From Candidatus Coprovivens sp. (GTDB lineage Bacteria; Bacillota_I; Bacilli_A; RF39; UBA660), in the NCBI GenBank assembly GCA_051892935.1, contig JBJFGS010000005.1, positions 1 to 26,303 on the forward strand: DNA of 26,303 nt, read 5' to 3'. Below, one piece after another: positions 7,947 through 17,696 of this stretch. Position numbers and translations under genes: made by a program. The first letter of the stretch is position 1; every line of letters starts with the position of its first letter. The notes beneath the pieces were generated by a model. It saw only the letters and a list, made by a program, of their open reading frames with translations. It was not told where the DNA came from and searched no databases.

Positions 7947-9698
7947 TTACATTTTTTCTGGTACTTCTATACCTAGTATATTCAATAGTTTTAAATTGTT
8001 ATCATATATTACTTTTGTTAATACTAACCATGATTCTTGAAGTACTTTGTTTTCTTCTGTTAGAACATGATTATTTGAATAGAAGTTATTGTATAAGTTT
8101 GTTACTTTATATAGGTATTCAGCTATATCATTAAGTGATTTTACTGTTATTGATTTAGTAAGAGTACTTCTTAAATTCAACATACATATAATTATATCTC
8201 TATCCATTTTACTATTTATAATACTATAGTTTTTAAAGCTTATTTTAGCTTCGCTGGCTTTATTTAATAAAGATTTCATTCTAATTGTTGAATATAGTAA
8301 ATATGGACCTGTTTTGCCTTGTAAATCACTAAATTTAATAGGATCGAAATTGTAATCTGTTAATCTATATGGTATTAAGTCAGCATATTTAACAGCTGCT
8401 ACTGATACTTTATCAGCAATAATATCTCTTTCTTCTCCTGTTATATTAGGAAGAATTTTCTTTTCACATTCTACTTTAGCTAGATCTAGTAATGACTCAA
8501 GAGTCATTACGCCACCATCTCTTGTTTTAAAAGGTTTACCATCTGCACCATTCATAGTTCCAAATGGGATGAATTCTAGTTTTGTTTCTTCTGTTACTAT
8601 TTCTGACTTTTTAGCTGCTCTAAATACTTGTTCAAAATGAAGTGATTGTCTTGCATCTGTTAGATACCATATTTCATCTGGATTAAAGAGTTTCATTCTT
8701 TCCCATATACATGCTAAGTCAGTTGTTTCATATGATGCTGAACCATTTGATTTTACTAGTAATAATGGTGGTACTTCATGATCGTCATTTTCTTCTTTTA
8801 CATCAATTATTCTTGCTCCTTGAGATTCTTCTACTAAGTTTTTAGATTCTAGATATTCTAACATTTCAGGAATGTATTTATTTCCATCTGATTCGCCTTC
8901 CCATACTTCAAATGTTGTATTTAATCTATCATAAATTCTTTTAATATCTGCTTTTGATACATTCATTATATGATTCCATAAAGCCATTAATCCTTTATCA
9001 CCATCTTGAAAGCTTGCTGTGATTTCTCTTGCTTCTTCCATATATATTTCATCTTCTTTAGCTTTGGAACTTGCAAATGGATATATTTCCATTAAATCAT
9101 CATTTGTAACTGGTGATTCTATTGGATATTCTCCATCATAGTTCTTATCAAAGTATGGAAGATTTGGATAACGATGCTTTAATTCTGTCATAACTAGGCC
9201 AATTGGTCTTCCCCAATCTCCTAGATGAGCATCTGCTATTGTTTTATTTCCTAAGGCATTGGCTAGTCTTTTTAAAGCTTCTCCAATATTAGCACTTCTT
9301 AAATGACCAACATGAAGAGCTTTAGCGACATTTGCTCCTCCATAATCTAAAAAAATTGTTTTTGGATTATCATTTTCATAATTTAAATTAATATTGTCTT
9401 TTAATTCATTAACATATTTAATTAATTCTTCATTTTTAAAAGTTATATTAATAAATCCAGGACCAGCAATATTTATATCTTGGTATTTATCATCCTTTTT
9501 TATACTTTCTACTATTTCTGTTGCAATTTCTCTTGGATTTTTACCATATTGTTTAGCCATTCCCATGACTCCGTTATACTGATAATCGCCAAATTCAGGT
9601 CTTGATGATACGTTTAATACTACACTATCTGTATCATAACCACATTCTTTTATTTTATTTTTTATATATTTTTCTTGTTCTTCTATAAAACTACTCAT
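7947..9698 (-). CDS. argS: Arginine--tRNA ligase
   Basis: FGDYQ, AGPGFIN, LHVGHLRS (HIGH), GDWG, FKTRDG, TGPYLLY. ATG 9698 preferred (AAGGATGAT). Confidence 0.97.
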   Translation of the reverse strand: MSSFIEEQEKYIKNKIKECGYDTDSVVLNVSSRPEFGDYQYNGVMGMAKQYGKNPREIATEIVESIKKDDKYQDINIAGPGFINITFKNEELIKYVNELKDNINLNYENDNPKTIFLDYGGANVAKALHVGHLRSANIGEALKRLANALGNKTIADAHLGDWGRPIGLVMTELKHRYPNLPYFDKNYDGEYPIESPVTNDDLMEIYPFASSKAKEDEIYMEEAREITASFQDGDKGLMALWNHIMNVSKADIKRIYDRLNTTFEVWEGESDGNKYIPEMLEYLESKNLVEESQGARIIDVKEENDDHEVPPLLLVKSNGSASYETTDLACIWERMKLFNPDEIWYLTDARQSLHFEQVFRAAKKSEIVTEETKLEFIPFGTMNGADGKPFKTRDGGVMTLESLLDLAKVECEKKILPNITGEERDIIADKVSVAAVKYADLIPYRLTDYNFDPIKFSDLQGKTGPYLLYSTIRMKSLLNKASEAKISFKNYSIINSKMDRDIIICMLNLRSTLTKSITVKSLNDIAEYLYKVTNLYNNFYSNNHVLTEENKVLQESWLVLTKVIYDNNLKLLNILGIEVPEKM

Positions 9699-10044
9699 TA
9701 TTATCATCCTTTATTAATAATTCTATTTTAAAATTTTCTTCGTCACTTGATATTTTATATTCTAATATTATATTATTATTATCTTTTTTATACATTATTT
9801 TTTCTACTTCTATGTCAAAATTCATATTTTGACTTTTTAATAAGTATAAACCTGTTTTTGCTTTTATATTTAATTCAAATTTATATTCTTCTGTTTCTCT
9901 AACAAACCGTGTTGGTCCTACTACTGTTTTTATACCATCTAACAAAAAGATGTATTCTAGATTTTTTTCTATAGCTACTATATCTTTAAATTCTTTATCT
10001 AGCCGATATTCTTTATATAAATATAAATCTATTATCTTTTTCAT
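9691..10044 (-). CDS. Hypothetical beta-rich protein, YwiB/DUF1934-like
   Basis: Immediately upstream of and overlapping argS, as ywiB is in Bacilli. Alternating beta pattern ending in LEYKI…FKIELLIK. RBS AAAGGGA. Assignment rests mainly on synteny. Confidence 0.55.
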   Translation of the reverse strand: MKKIIDLYLYKEYRLDKEFKDIVAIEKNLEYIFLLDGIKTVVGPTRFVRETEEYKFELNIKAKTGLYLLKSQNMNFDIEVEKIMYKKDNNNIILEYKISSDEENFKIELLIKDDNNE

Positions 10045-10131
10045 AGTATCATGTCCCTTTTTGTTTGTGATTATAACATAATAATTATAAGTTTGCACTT
10101 ATATTTTAATTATTTTTTTTAATACTAATTA

Positions 10132-12090
10132 ATGGGTGTTATTATGGGACTTATAAAAAAATTATTTAAATTTGTTTTTTTGTTAATTATTATTATTTTA
10201 ACTTCGATTGTTGGTTTATATATTTATGCCTTCTTTAGCCCTGAACTTGATATAAAAAATGCTAATCAATTTTATATTTATGATGATAAAGATGAGTTAA
10301 TTTATCAAGGGTCTGGAAATAATGAGTGGGTTTCCTTAAATGAAATTTCGCCTAATTTAATTAATGCTGTGTTAGCAACTGAAGATAAAAACTTCTATAA
10401 ACATCATGGATTTGATTATTTAAGAATTATAAAAGCTATGTATACTAATATAAAAAATGGGTCTATTGTACAAGGAGCTTCTACTATTAGTCAACAATAT
10501 ATAAAAAATATGTATTTAGATTTTGATAAAACTTGGAAAAGAAAAATTGAGGAAGCTTTTTTAACTTTGAGGTTAGAAGTTCAATATGATAAAGATGATA
10601 TTTTAGAAGGATATTTAAATACTATTAATTTTGGTCAAGGTAATTATGGTATTGAAAATGCAAGTCAATTTTATTTTAATAAGAAAGCTAGTGAATTAAA
10701 TCTTGAAGAAGCAATTATTTTGGCTGGAATACCTAAAGCTCCTAATAAATATAATCCTGTTACTAATTATAATTCTTGTATTAAAAGAGCTAAGATTATT
10801 GCTAAAATTATGCTTAATAATGGGGAAATAGATGAAAAAACTTATAATAATCTTTTTGTTGATAATATAGAAATATATGGTAAAAGAAATGATAATGATT
10901 TAAATATGTTAATGTATTATCAAGATGCAGTATATAATGAATTGTATAATTTAGATAAAATACCAGATTCACTTATTGAATCTGGAGGATTAAAAATATA
11001 TACTTCTTTAAATTTAGAAGCTCAAAGTATTATGGAAAAAAATATAACTAAATATATGAGTGATTCACAAATGCAAGTTGCAAGTATTATAATTAATCCA
11101 CATACAGGTGGTGTAATGGCATTATCTGGTGGTGTTAACTATGCAATAAGTCAGTATAATAGAGCGATTAATTCAAAGAGACAAGTTGGTTCTGCTATAA
11201 AACCATTTTTATATTATGCAGCATTAGAAAATGGTATGGTATCTAGTTCTACTTTCTTATCTGAACCTACTACTTTTATGTTTTCTACTAATCAAAGTTA
11301 TTCACCATCTAATTACAATAATAAATATGGAAATAAAAATATTACTATGGCAGCTGCATTAGCTTATTCTGATAATATATACGCTGTTAAAACTCATTTG
11401 TTTTTAGGTGAAGAAACTTTAGTAAACATTGCTAATAGAATGGGGATAAAAGAAAAATTAGAACCTTTACCTTCGTTAGCTCTTGGAACTTCGGAATTAT
11501 CAATGATTGACTTTGCTAGAGGTTATACTACATTAGCAAGTGGAGGATATAAAAAAGAAATCACTTTTATTAATAAAGTAGAAGATATGAATGGAAATGT
11601 TTTGTATGCGAAAGATAATAAAGATGATTTAGTATTAAATGAATCATATACATATATTTTAAATGAAATGATGACTTCGACATATAATTCAGCTTTTATT
11701 GATTATAATACTCCAACCGTAATGAGTATTGCATCAAAAATATCTAGTAAATATGCAATTAAAACAGGTTCTTCTGGTACTGATTGTTGGATGGTTGGAT
11801 ATGATTCGAATGTTTTAATGATGGTGTGGAATGGCTATGATGATAACGAGGAATTACAAGTTAAAGATGGTACTATTTCTAAAAATATTTGGGTTGATAC
11901 TATGGAAAATTTAAATATTGAAAAGAAATGGTATGATATGCCTAATAATGTAGTCGGAGTCCCACTTGATGCTATTACAGGGGAGGTTACAAATAACAAA
12001 GAGAAAACAAATATTTTTTATTATGTAAATGGTAGTGAATATAATAATCAAGATACCGAATTTGTTTATAAAGAAAAGACGACTGAATAG
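10132..12090 (+). CDS. Class A penicillin-binding protein (transglycosylase/transpeptidase), PbpG/YwhE-like
   Basis: TG motifs EDKNFYKHHG, GASTISQQ, RKIEE; TP motifs SAIK, SDN, KTGS; N-terminal TM. Start may be ATG 10144. Confidence 0.93.
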   Translation: MGVIMGLIKKLFKFVFLLIIIILTSIVGLYIYAFFSPELDIKNANQFYIYDDKDELIYQGSGNNEWVSLNEISPNLINAVLATEDKNFYKHHGFDYLRIIKAMYTNIKNGSIVQGASTISQQYIKNMYLDFDKTWKRKIEEAFLTLRLEVQYDKDDILEGYLNTINFGQGNYGIENASQFYFNKKASELNLEEAIILAGIPKAPNKYNPVTNYNSCIKRAKIIAKIMLNNGEIDEKTYNNLFVDNIEIYGKRNDNDLNMLMYYQDAVYNELYNLDKIPDSLIESGGLKIYTSLNLEAQSIMEKNITKYMSDSQMQVASIIINPHTGGVMALSGGVNYAISQYNRAINSKRQVGSAIKPFLYYAALENGMVSSSTFLSEPTTFMFSTNQSYSPSNYNNKYGNKNITMAAALAYSDNIYAVKTHLFLGEETLVNIANRMGIKEKLEPLPSLALGTSELSMIDFARGYTTLASGGYKKEITFINKVEDMNGNVLYAKDNKDDLVLNESYTYILNEMMTSTYNSAFIDYNTPTVMSIASKISSKYAIKTGSSGTDCWMVGYDSNVLMMVWNGYDDNEELQVKDGTISKNIWVDTMENLNIEKKWYDMPNNVVGVPLDAITGEVTNNKEKTNIFYYVNGSEYNNQDTEFVYKEKTTE

Positions 12091-12098
12091 TCGTCTTT
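12075..12098. terminator. Bidirectional terminator between convergent pbp and noc
   Basis: AAAGACGACT-gaat-AGTCGTCTTT perfect 10-bp stem. Confidence 0.8.
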
Positions 12099-12100
12099 AT

Positions 12101-13573
12101 TTAGTCTTTATAAATTCTCATGGTTATTTGATAATTAGTATCAAAATCTATTTCTTCTACATCAATAAAGAATCCGTTTGATCCTAAGCTTTCAATACAA
12201 GAACGTATATTAGCAATAGCATCTTTTAAATCCATTCTTTTTTGGCCTGTTGGACTTTCTTTATATCCAGTTTGTAGTTTATCTACAGCCATCATTGGAT
12301 CAACAATTTTATCTTTTTGCATTTCTAATGTAATCTCTTGAGATTTTTCCGTTGCTGGAGTGAAGAATTTATTATTTGGATTTAACTCAAAATCTGTATT
12401 TATCATCTCATCTTTTACTGGTAATTGATTAGTTTGATTCATAAATTCTGTTTTTTCCTCTTCTTTATTTGTAGTAACAAAGGAATTACCTTCGTTTGGT
12501 GCATCAAATATTTCCAATCCATTATCATTTGAAGTCATTCCAGCTGGAGCAGTAAACACTGGTGCAGCTGGAGATTGTTGATTATTTATATCAAAACTAA
12601 AGAACTTACTTGCATCGTTGTTATTTGTAATGTTTTCTGCTGGAACAAAAGTACTTGATGAATTAGGTGTTGCAATATTAAATTCTGGAATAGTTGTCGC
12701 TGTTGTAAAATTATTTCCATCGTTTACTATTGGATTATTAAATAATTGATTTGAATTATTATTTATTTCTGATTCTAAAGTATCTAATGGTTCCATCATA
12801 GTATTATCAACTAATGGCTTGTTTTGATTTTTGTTTAATTTTGTTATATCAACTGCATTTGCTTTTATTTCTTCCAAGCTAGGTGTACCTTGAACTACTG
12901 GTACTTCTCCACTCGATTCTTCTTCAGCACCGACCATTATTATTTCATCATTACTTGCACTATCTGGCACTGATTTTATTTTTTTCAATTCTAAATCTAA
13001 TTGCCTTACAGTTAGTCTTTCATTAATGATTCGGTGTAACCATTCTCTTTGTGCTGCTTTATCTTGTAATGATAACAAAGTTCTTGCATGTCTTTCAGAT
13101 ATTTTCTCCTCTAATAGCGCTTGTTGAACTTCTTCGTCTAAGTTTAATAATCTTAATTTATTGGCTATTGCTGGTTGAGAAAGTCCCATTCTTTTAGCTA
13201 ATTGTTCCTGAGTAAGATATCCTTTATCAAGAAGGTTTTTGTATGAACGAGCTTCTTCTATTGCAGTCAAATCTCTTCTTTGAATATTTTCAACTAATGC
13301 GACTTCTGCAGATTTATTATCATCTATATTAGCAATAACTGCTGGTACTGTTGTTAGTCCTGCCATTTGAGCAGCTTTATAACGACGTTCACCAGCAATT
13401 ATTTCGTATTTATCTCCTAATTTTCTTAATACAAGGGGTTGAATTATTCCATGTTCTTTTATTGAATCAGATAATTCTTTTAATCCTTGTTCATCAAATG
13501 TTAGTCTAGGTTGAAACCTGTTAGGAATAATATCCTCTACGTGTACTTGTAATACTCCTGTTTCTAAATTCAT
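12101..13573 (-). CDS. noc: Nucleoid occlusion protein Noc (ParB family) with long low-complexity insertion
   Basis: PNRFQPR, IIAGERRYKA (CTPase), ENIQRRDL, Noc-type HTH SQPAIANKLRLL…SERHAR, Noc-type C-terminus AIANIR…EEIDFDTNYQITMRI. Located after rsmG. Confidence 0.85.
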   Translation of the reverse strand: MNLETGVLQVHVEDIIPNRFQPRLTFDEQGLKELSDSIKEHGIIQPLVLRKLGDKYEIIAGERRYKAAQMAGLTTVPAVIANIDDNKSAEVALVENIQRRDLTAIEEARSYKNLLDKGYLTQEQLAKRMGLSQPAIANKLRLLNLDEEVQQALLEEKISERHARTLLSLQDKAAQREWLHRIINERLTVRQLDLELKKIKSVPDSASNDEIIMVGAEEESSGEVPVVQGTPSLEEIKANAVDITKLNKNQNKPLVDNTMMEPLDTLESEINNNSNQLFNNPIVNDGNNFTTATTIPEFNIATPNSSSTFVPAENITNNNDASKFFSFDINNQQSPAAPVFTAPAGMTSNDNGLEIFDAPNEGNSFVTTNKEEEKTEFMNQTNQLPVKDEMINTDFELNPNNKFFTPATEKSQEITLEMQKDKIVDPMMAVDKLQTGYKESPTGQKRMDLKDAIANIRSCIESLGSNGFFIDVEEIDFDTNYQITMRIYKD

Positions 13574-13617
13574 TAGATCAGCCCCTTTTTATAGTCTTAT
13601 CTATTATTAATAATACA

Positions 13618-14346
13618 TTATTTCCCATTCAATTTCAATGGGTTCTTTATGATTTTTTCATATCTTCTAGGATACTCTTTTGGTGTGTTTTTATTTTTTA
13701 ATATTCTTAAAATATTTCTTTCTCCTCCATTTTTTGGAAGTTCAAAATTTATTGTTTTTTCTAAAATTCCACCTAATTTTTCGATCGCATATAGTGAATC
13801 GTTAATCTCTTCTTGGTTTGATCCTTTTAGAGCTATAAAGTAACCATTAATTTTTACTAAAGGTAATGATAATTCTGATAATACAGTCATATTAGATACT
13901 GCTCTAGCTGTTACTATATCGAAAGATTCTCTATTATTTTTACAGAATTCTTCGGCTCTTTCATTATATAGATTTATTTTGCTTAATTCTAATCTTGAAA
14001 TTAATTCTTTTAAAAATGTTATTTTTTTATTGTTTGAATCTAAAAGAGATACTTCAATTTCGGGATATACTATTTTTATAATCATTCCAGGGAATCCTGC
14101 TCCTGTACCTATATCTAATAATTTATGGCACTTTGTCATGTCTATTGCTTTTATTATTGTTAATGAATCATAGAAATGTTTTAAATATACTTGTTCTTCT
14201 TCTCTTATTGCGGTTAAGTTAGTATGAGAATTATACTCTAAGAGATATTTACAATATATATCTAATTGTCCTATTTGTTTATCAGTTAATTCTATTCCTA
14301 ATTCTTTAACATAATCAATAAATTCTTTTTTATTCATCTTTTCCAT
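13618..14346 (-). CDS. rsmG: 16S rRNA (guanine-N7) methyltransferase
   Basis: NLTAI, KHFYDSL, DIGTGAGFPG, TARAV, TPKEYPR. Start may be ATG 14337. Confidence 0.97.
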   Translation of the reverse strand: MEKMNKKEFIDYVKELGIELTDKQIGQLDIYCKYLLEYNSHTNLTAIREEEQVYLKHFYDSLTIIKAIDMTKCHKLLDIGTGAGFPGMIIKIVYPEIEVSLLDSNNKKITFLKELISRLELSKINLYNERAEEFCKNNRESFDIVTARAVSNMTVLSELSLPLVKINGYFIALKGSNQEEINDSLYAIEKLGGILEKTINFELPKNGGERNILRILKNKNTPKEYPRRYEKIIKNPLKLNGK

Positions 14347-16198
14347 ATTCCTTCTTTAAATATACAGATAAAATCGATATATCTGATGGATTTACTCCAC
14401 TAATACGTATTGCTTGAGCTATTGAAGTTGGTCTTACTTCTTTTAATTTTTGTCGTGCTTCACTAGCAATATTGTTGATTTTATCATAATCAATATCAGC
14501 AGGTATTTGTTTTTTTTCTAGTTTTAGCATTTTTTCTGCTTCTTTATATGCTTTGACTATATATCCTTCGTATTTTAAGTTGATTTCAACTTGATTTTGA
14601 ATTTCTATATCATATGGTATATCTATTAATGAAGATAAAAATTCCATATTTAATTCTGGCCTTTTAATTAATTGTTCTAAACTTAATGATGAAGTTGGTA
14701 TTTGATAGTTATTATTTTTAAATATCTCTCTTACTTCAGATGTTATTTTTAACTTTGTTTTTTTCATGTATTCTATAAGACTTGCTATTTCATTTTCTTT
14801 TTGTTTTAATTTTTTCATTTGTTCATCTGTAATTAATCCTATTTCATAGCCTTTTTTTCTTAGTCTTAAATCTGCGTTGTCACTTCGAAGAAGTAGTCTA
14901 AATTCTGCTCTGCTTGTTAATAATCTGTATGGATCTCTTATGCCTTTAGTTATTAAGTCATCAATTAGTACTCCAATGTAAGCCTCTGAACGTTTTAAGA
15001 TTAAAGGTTCCTTTCCCTCTAATTTAAGACTTGCATTTATTCCTGCCATTAATCCTTGACAAGCAGCTTCTTCGTATCCACTAGTTCCATTGATTTGGCC
15101 TGCGGTAAACAAGTTTTCAATTATTTTTGTTTCTAAGTTTGATTTAAGTTGGGTTGGATAGATTGCATCATATTCAATTGCATATCCATATTTTAATATT
15201 TTGGCATTTTCAAACCCTGGTAAACTATGAACCATTTGGTCTTGAATTTCTGGTGGCATAGAAGTTGAGAATCCTTGTAAGTACATATCGTCGTAATATC
15301 TACTTTCAGGTTCTATAAATAATTGATGTCTTTCTTTATCTGAAAATCTAACCACTTTATCTTCAATAGATGGACAATATCTTGGACCTATTCCTTTTAT
15401 ATCATCTAGTGCTCCATACATACTTGATTTATTCAAATTATCTCGTATTATTTGGTGTGTCTTTTCTGTTGTATAAGTTAAATAGCATGGCTCTTGTTCT
15501 TCAATTTTATAACATGGTTCTAAATCAAAACTAAAAGTGTAATATTTATTATCTCCTGGTTCTAGTTTTGTTTTTGAAAAATCAATTGATTTTCTATCAA
15601 TTCTTTGGGGTGTTCCTGTTTTTAATCTAATTATATTAAAACCATACTCTTTTAGTTTGTCACTCAAAAAGTTTGATGGTCTTTCTCCGTGTGGTCCTTT
15701 TCTTGTTCGTGTATTTCCCACAAGTATATCCGCTTTTAAGTAAGTACCTGTTGTTAAAATTGTTATTTTAGAATTTATTCTTGTACCATCTTCTAATATT
15801 ATTCCTTTTACTCGGCTATTTTCCACAATAAGGTCTTCTACCATACCTTCTTTAATATCAAGATTTGGTAATGATTGTAGCGTATTTAGCATTTCTTTTG
15901 GATATGTTATTTTATCTCCTTGAGCTCTTAATGATTGAACTGCTGGACCTTTAGCGCTATTTAGCATTTTTATTTGAAGGTGGGTTTTGTCTGCTATTTT
16001 ACCCATTATTCCACCTAAAGCGTCTATTTCTCTAACTACTATTCCTTTAGCACTTCCTCCAATGTGAGGATTACAAGGCATATCTGCAATATTTTTTAAA
16101 TTACTTGTAATTAATAAAGTCTTATGATTTTTTTTAGCACATGCATATGATGCTTCGCATCCTGCATGTCCACCACCAACTACTATAATATCATACAT
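14330..16198 (-). CDS. mnmG: tRNA uridine-5-carboxymethylaminomethyl synthesis enzyme
   Basis: VVGGGHAGCEA, KTGTP, GPRYCPSIEDK, GQINGTSGYEEAA. Confidence 0.98.
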   Translation of the reverse strand: MYDIIVVGGGHAGCEASYACAKKNHKTLLITSNLKNIADMPCNPHIGGSAKGIVVREIDALGGIMGKIADKTHLQIKMLNSAKGPAVQSLRAQGDKITYPKEMLNTLQSLPNLDIKEGMVEDLIVENSRVKGIILEDGTRINSKITILTTGTYLKADILVGNTRTRKGPHGERPSNFLSDKLKEYGFNIIRLKTGTPQRIDRKSIDFSKTKLEPGDNKYYTFSFDLEPCYKIEEQEPCYLTYTTEKTHQIIRDNLNKSSMYGALDDIKGIGPRYCPSIEDKVVRFSDKERHQLFIEPESRYYDDMYLQGFSTSMPPEIQDQMVHSLPGFENAKILKYGYAIEYDAIYPTQLKSNLETKIIENLFTAGQINGTSGYEEAACQGLMAGINASLKLEGKEPLILKRSEAYIGVLIDDLITKGIRDPYRLLTSRAEFRLLLRSDNADLRLRKKGYEIGLITDEQMKKLKQKENEIASLIEYMKKTKLKITSEVREIFKNNNYQIPTSSLSLEQLIKRPELNMEFLSSLIDIPYDIEIQNQVEINLKYEGYIVKAYKEAEKMLKLEKKQIPADIDYDKINNIASEARQKLKEVRPTSIAQAIRISGVNPSDISILSVYLKKEYGKDE

Positions 16199-16216
16199 AG
16201 TTATCAACACTCCTTT

Positions 16217-17581
16217 TTATTTCCCAAGGCAAAATCTACTAAACATTTCATCTAGCAATTCTTCTTCGTAAGTAGTACCATTTATTGTACCTAATTGTTC
16301 CCATATATCTTTAATGTCTAGTTCAATCATATCTATAGGTTGATTATTTTGTAATCCTTTCTCTATTTCTTTAATCGAATCAAGACACTTTTCTAAAATA
16401 CTGATGCTTCTTGTATTACTTAGATATGTTGGATCTGTTGTTTCAATTTGGGAAATATTAAATAATTCTATTATTTTTTCTTTTAATTCTTCTATTCCTT
16501 GATTATTTTTTATACTTATGTTGATAATTTTTGATTTATCAACATTTAATTCTTCTATATTTATTTTTCTTTCTAAATCATTTTTATTAATGATTATTAA
16601 ATAATTTTTATCTTTTATTTCCTTTAGTATTTTTTGAATATCTTCACTTATTGGTTCATTGTTGTTAATAATAAATAAAATAAGATCGGATTCGTTCATC
16701 ATTTTTAGACTTTTTTCTACTCCTAGAGATTCAACTAAATCGTCTGTTTCTCTAATACCTGCTGTATCTATAATATTTAGAAGTATTCCGTTAATGTTTA
16801 TTTGACCTTCTACTATATCTCTAGTTGTTCCAGCTATATCTGTTACTATTGCTTTTTCTTCTTCTAATAATGTGTTTAATAAACTACTCTTACCTACATT
16901 TGGTTTACCTATTATAGATGTTTTTATACCATCTCTTATTATTCTACCATTTTTTGATTCTCTCAATATCTTTTCTATCTTGTTTTTTAGCTTTGTTATT
17001 TTAGGAATTAGAATATCATTTGTAATTATATCTACATCATCATATTCTGGATAATCTATATTTACATTGATGTTTGATATTATTTGTACCATATCATCTC
17101 TTAATTCATTAATAAGATTAGATACTTTACCTGTGATTTGGTTTACTGCTAATTCTCGTTGTGTATTTGTTTTAGCATTTATTATGTCCATTACTGCTTC
17201 TGCTTCAAGTAAGTCTATTCTTCCATTTAAAAAAGCTCTTTTGGTGAATTCTCCTGGCTCAGCTAATCTACAACCGCTAGTTAATAATAATTCTAGTACT
17301 TTATTTGTTGATGCTATTCCTCCATGAGTATTAATTTCCACAGTATTCTCAGTTGTAAAAGTACGAGGAGATAACATAACAGATACCAGTACTTCATCTA
17401 TTATATTTCCTGATTTATCAATAATATTTCCGTAATTTATTGTATGTGATTCTACTTTTTTTAAATCTTTACCTTTAAATATTTTTGATACGATATCAAC
17501 AGATTCTTCTCCGCTTACTCTAATTATTGATATAGCTCCTATTCCTTGGCTAGTTGCTATTGCACATATAGTATCATTCAT
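16217..17581 (-). CDS. mnmE: tRNA modification GTPase
   Basis: PGEFTKRAFLNGR, GKPNVGKSSL, GTTRD, DTAG, C-terminal FCLGK. Confidence 0.98.
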   Translation of the reverse strand: MNDTICAIATSQGIGAISIIRVSGEESVDIVSKIFKGKDLKKVESHTINYGNIIDKSGNIIDEVLVSVMLSPRTFTTENTVEINTHGGIASTNKVLELLLTSGCRLAEPGEFTKRAFLNGRIDLLEAEAVMDIINAKTNTQRELAVNQITGKVSNLINELRDDMVQIISNINVNIDYPEYDDVDIITNDILIPKITKLKNKIEKILRESKNGRIIRDGIKTSIIGKPNVGKSSLLNTLLEEEKAIVTDIAGTTRDIVEGQININGILLNIIDTAGIRETDDLVESLGVEKSLKMMNESDLILFIINNNEPISEDIQKILKEIKDKNYLIIINKNDLERKINIEELNVDKSKIINISIKNNQGIEELKEKIIELFNISQIETTDPTYLSNTRSISILEKCLDSIKEIEKGLQNNQPIDMIELDIKDIWEQLGTINGTTYEEELLDEMFSRFCLGK

Positions 17582-17662
17582 TAAGCTCACTCCTTTTGGC
17601 TCGTATTATAGCACATTTTAATAATATGGGAAATATTTTATTTCATTTATATTATATCAAAA

Positions 17663-17680
17663 TTATTTCCCGGGAAATAA
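17663..17680. promoter_or_regulatory. Noc-binding site (NBS), perfect palindrome
   Basis: TTATTTCCCGGGAAATAA contains the B. subtilis NBS consensus ATTTCCCGGGAAAT exactly. Intergenic, next to TGnTATAAT elements at 17651-56 and 17605-10. Confidence 0.8.
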
Positions 17681-17696
17681 AAAAAGAAGAATGTTT

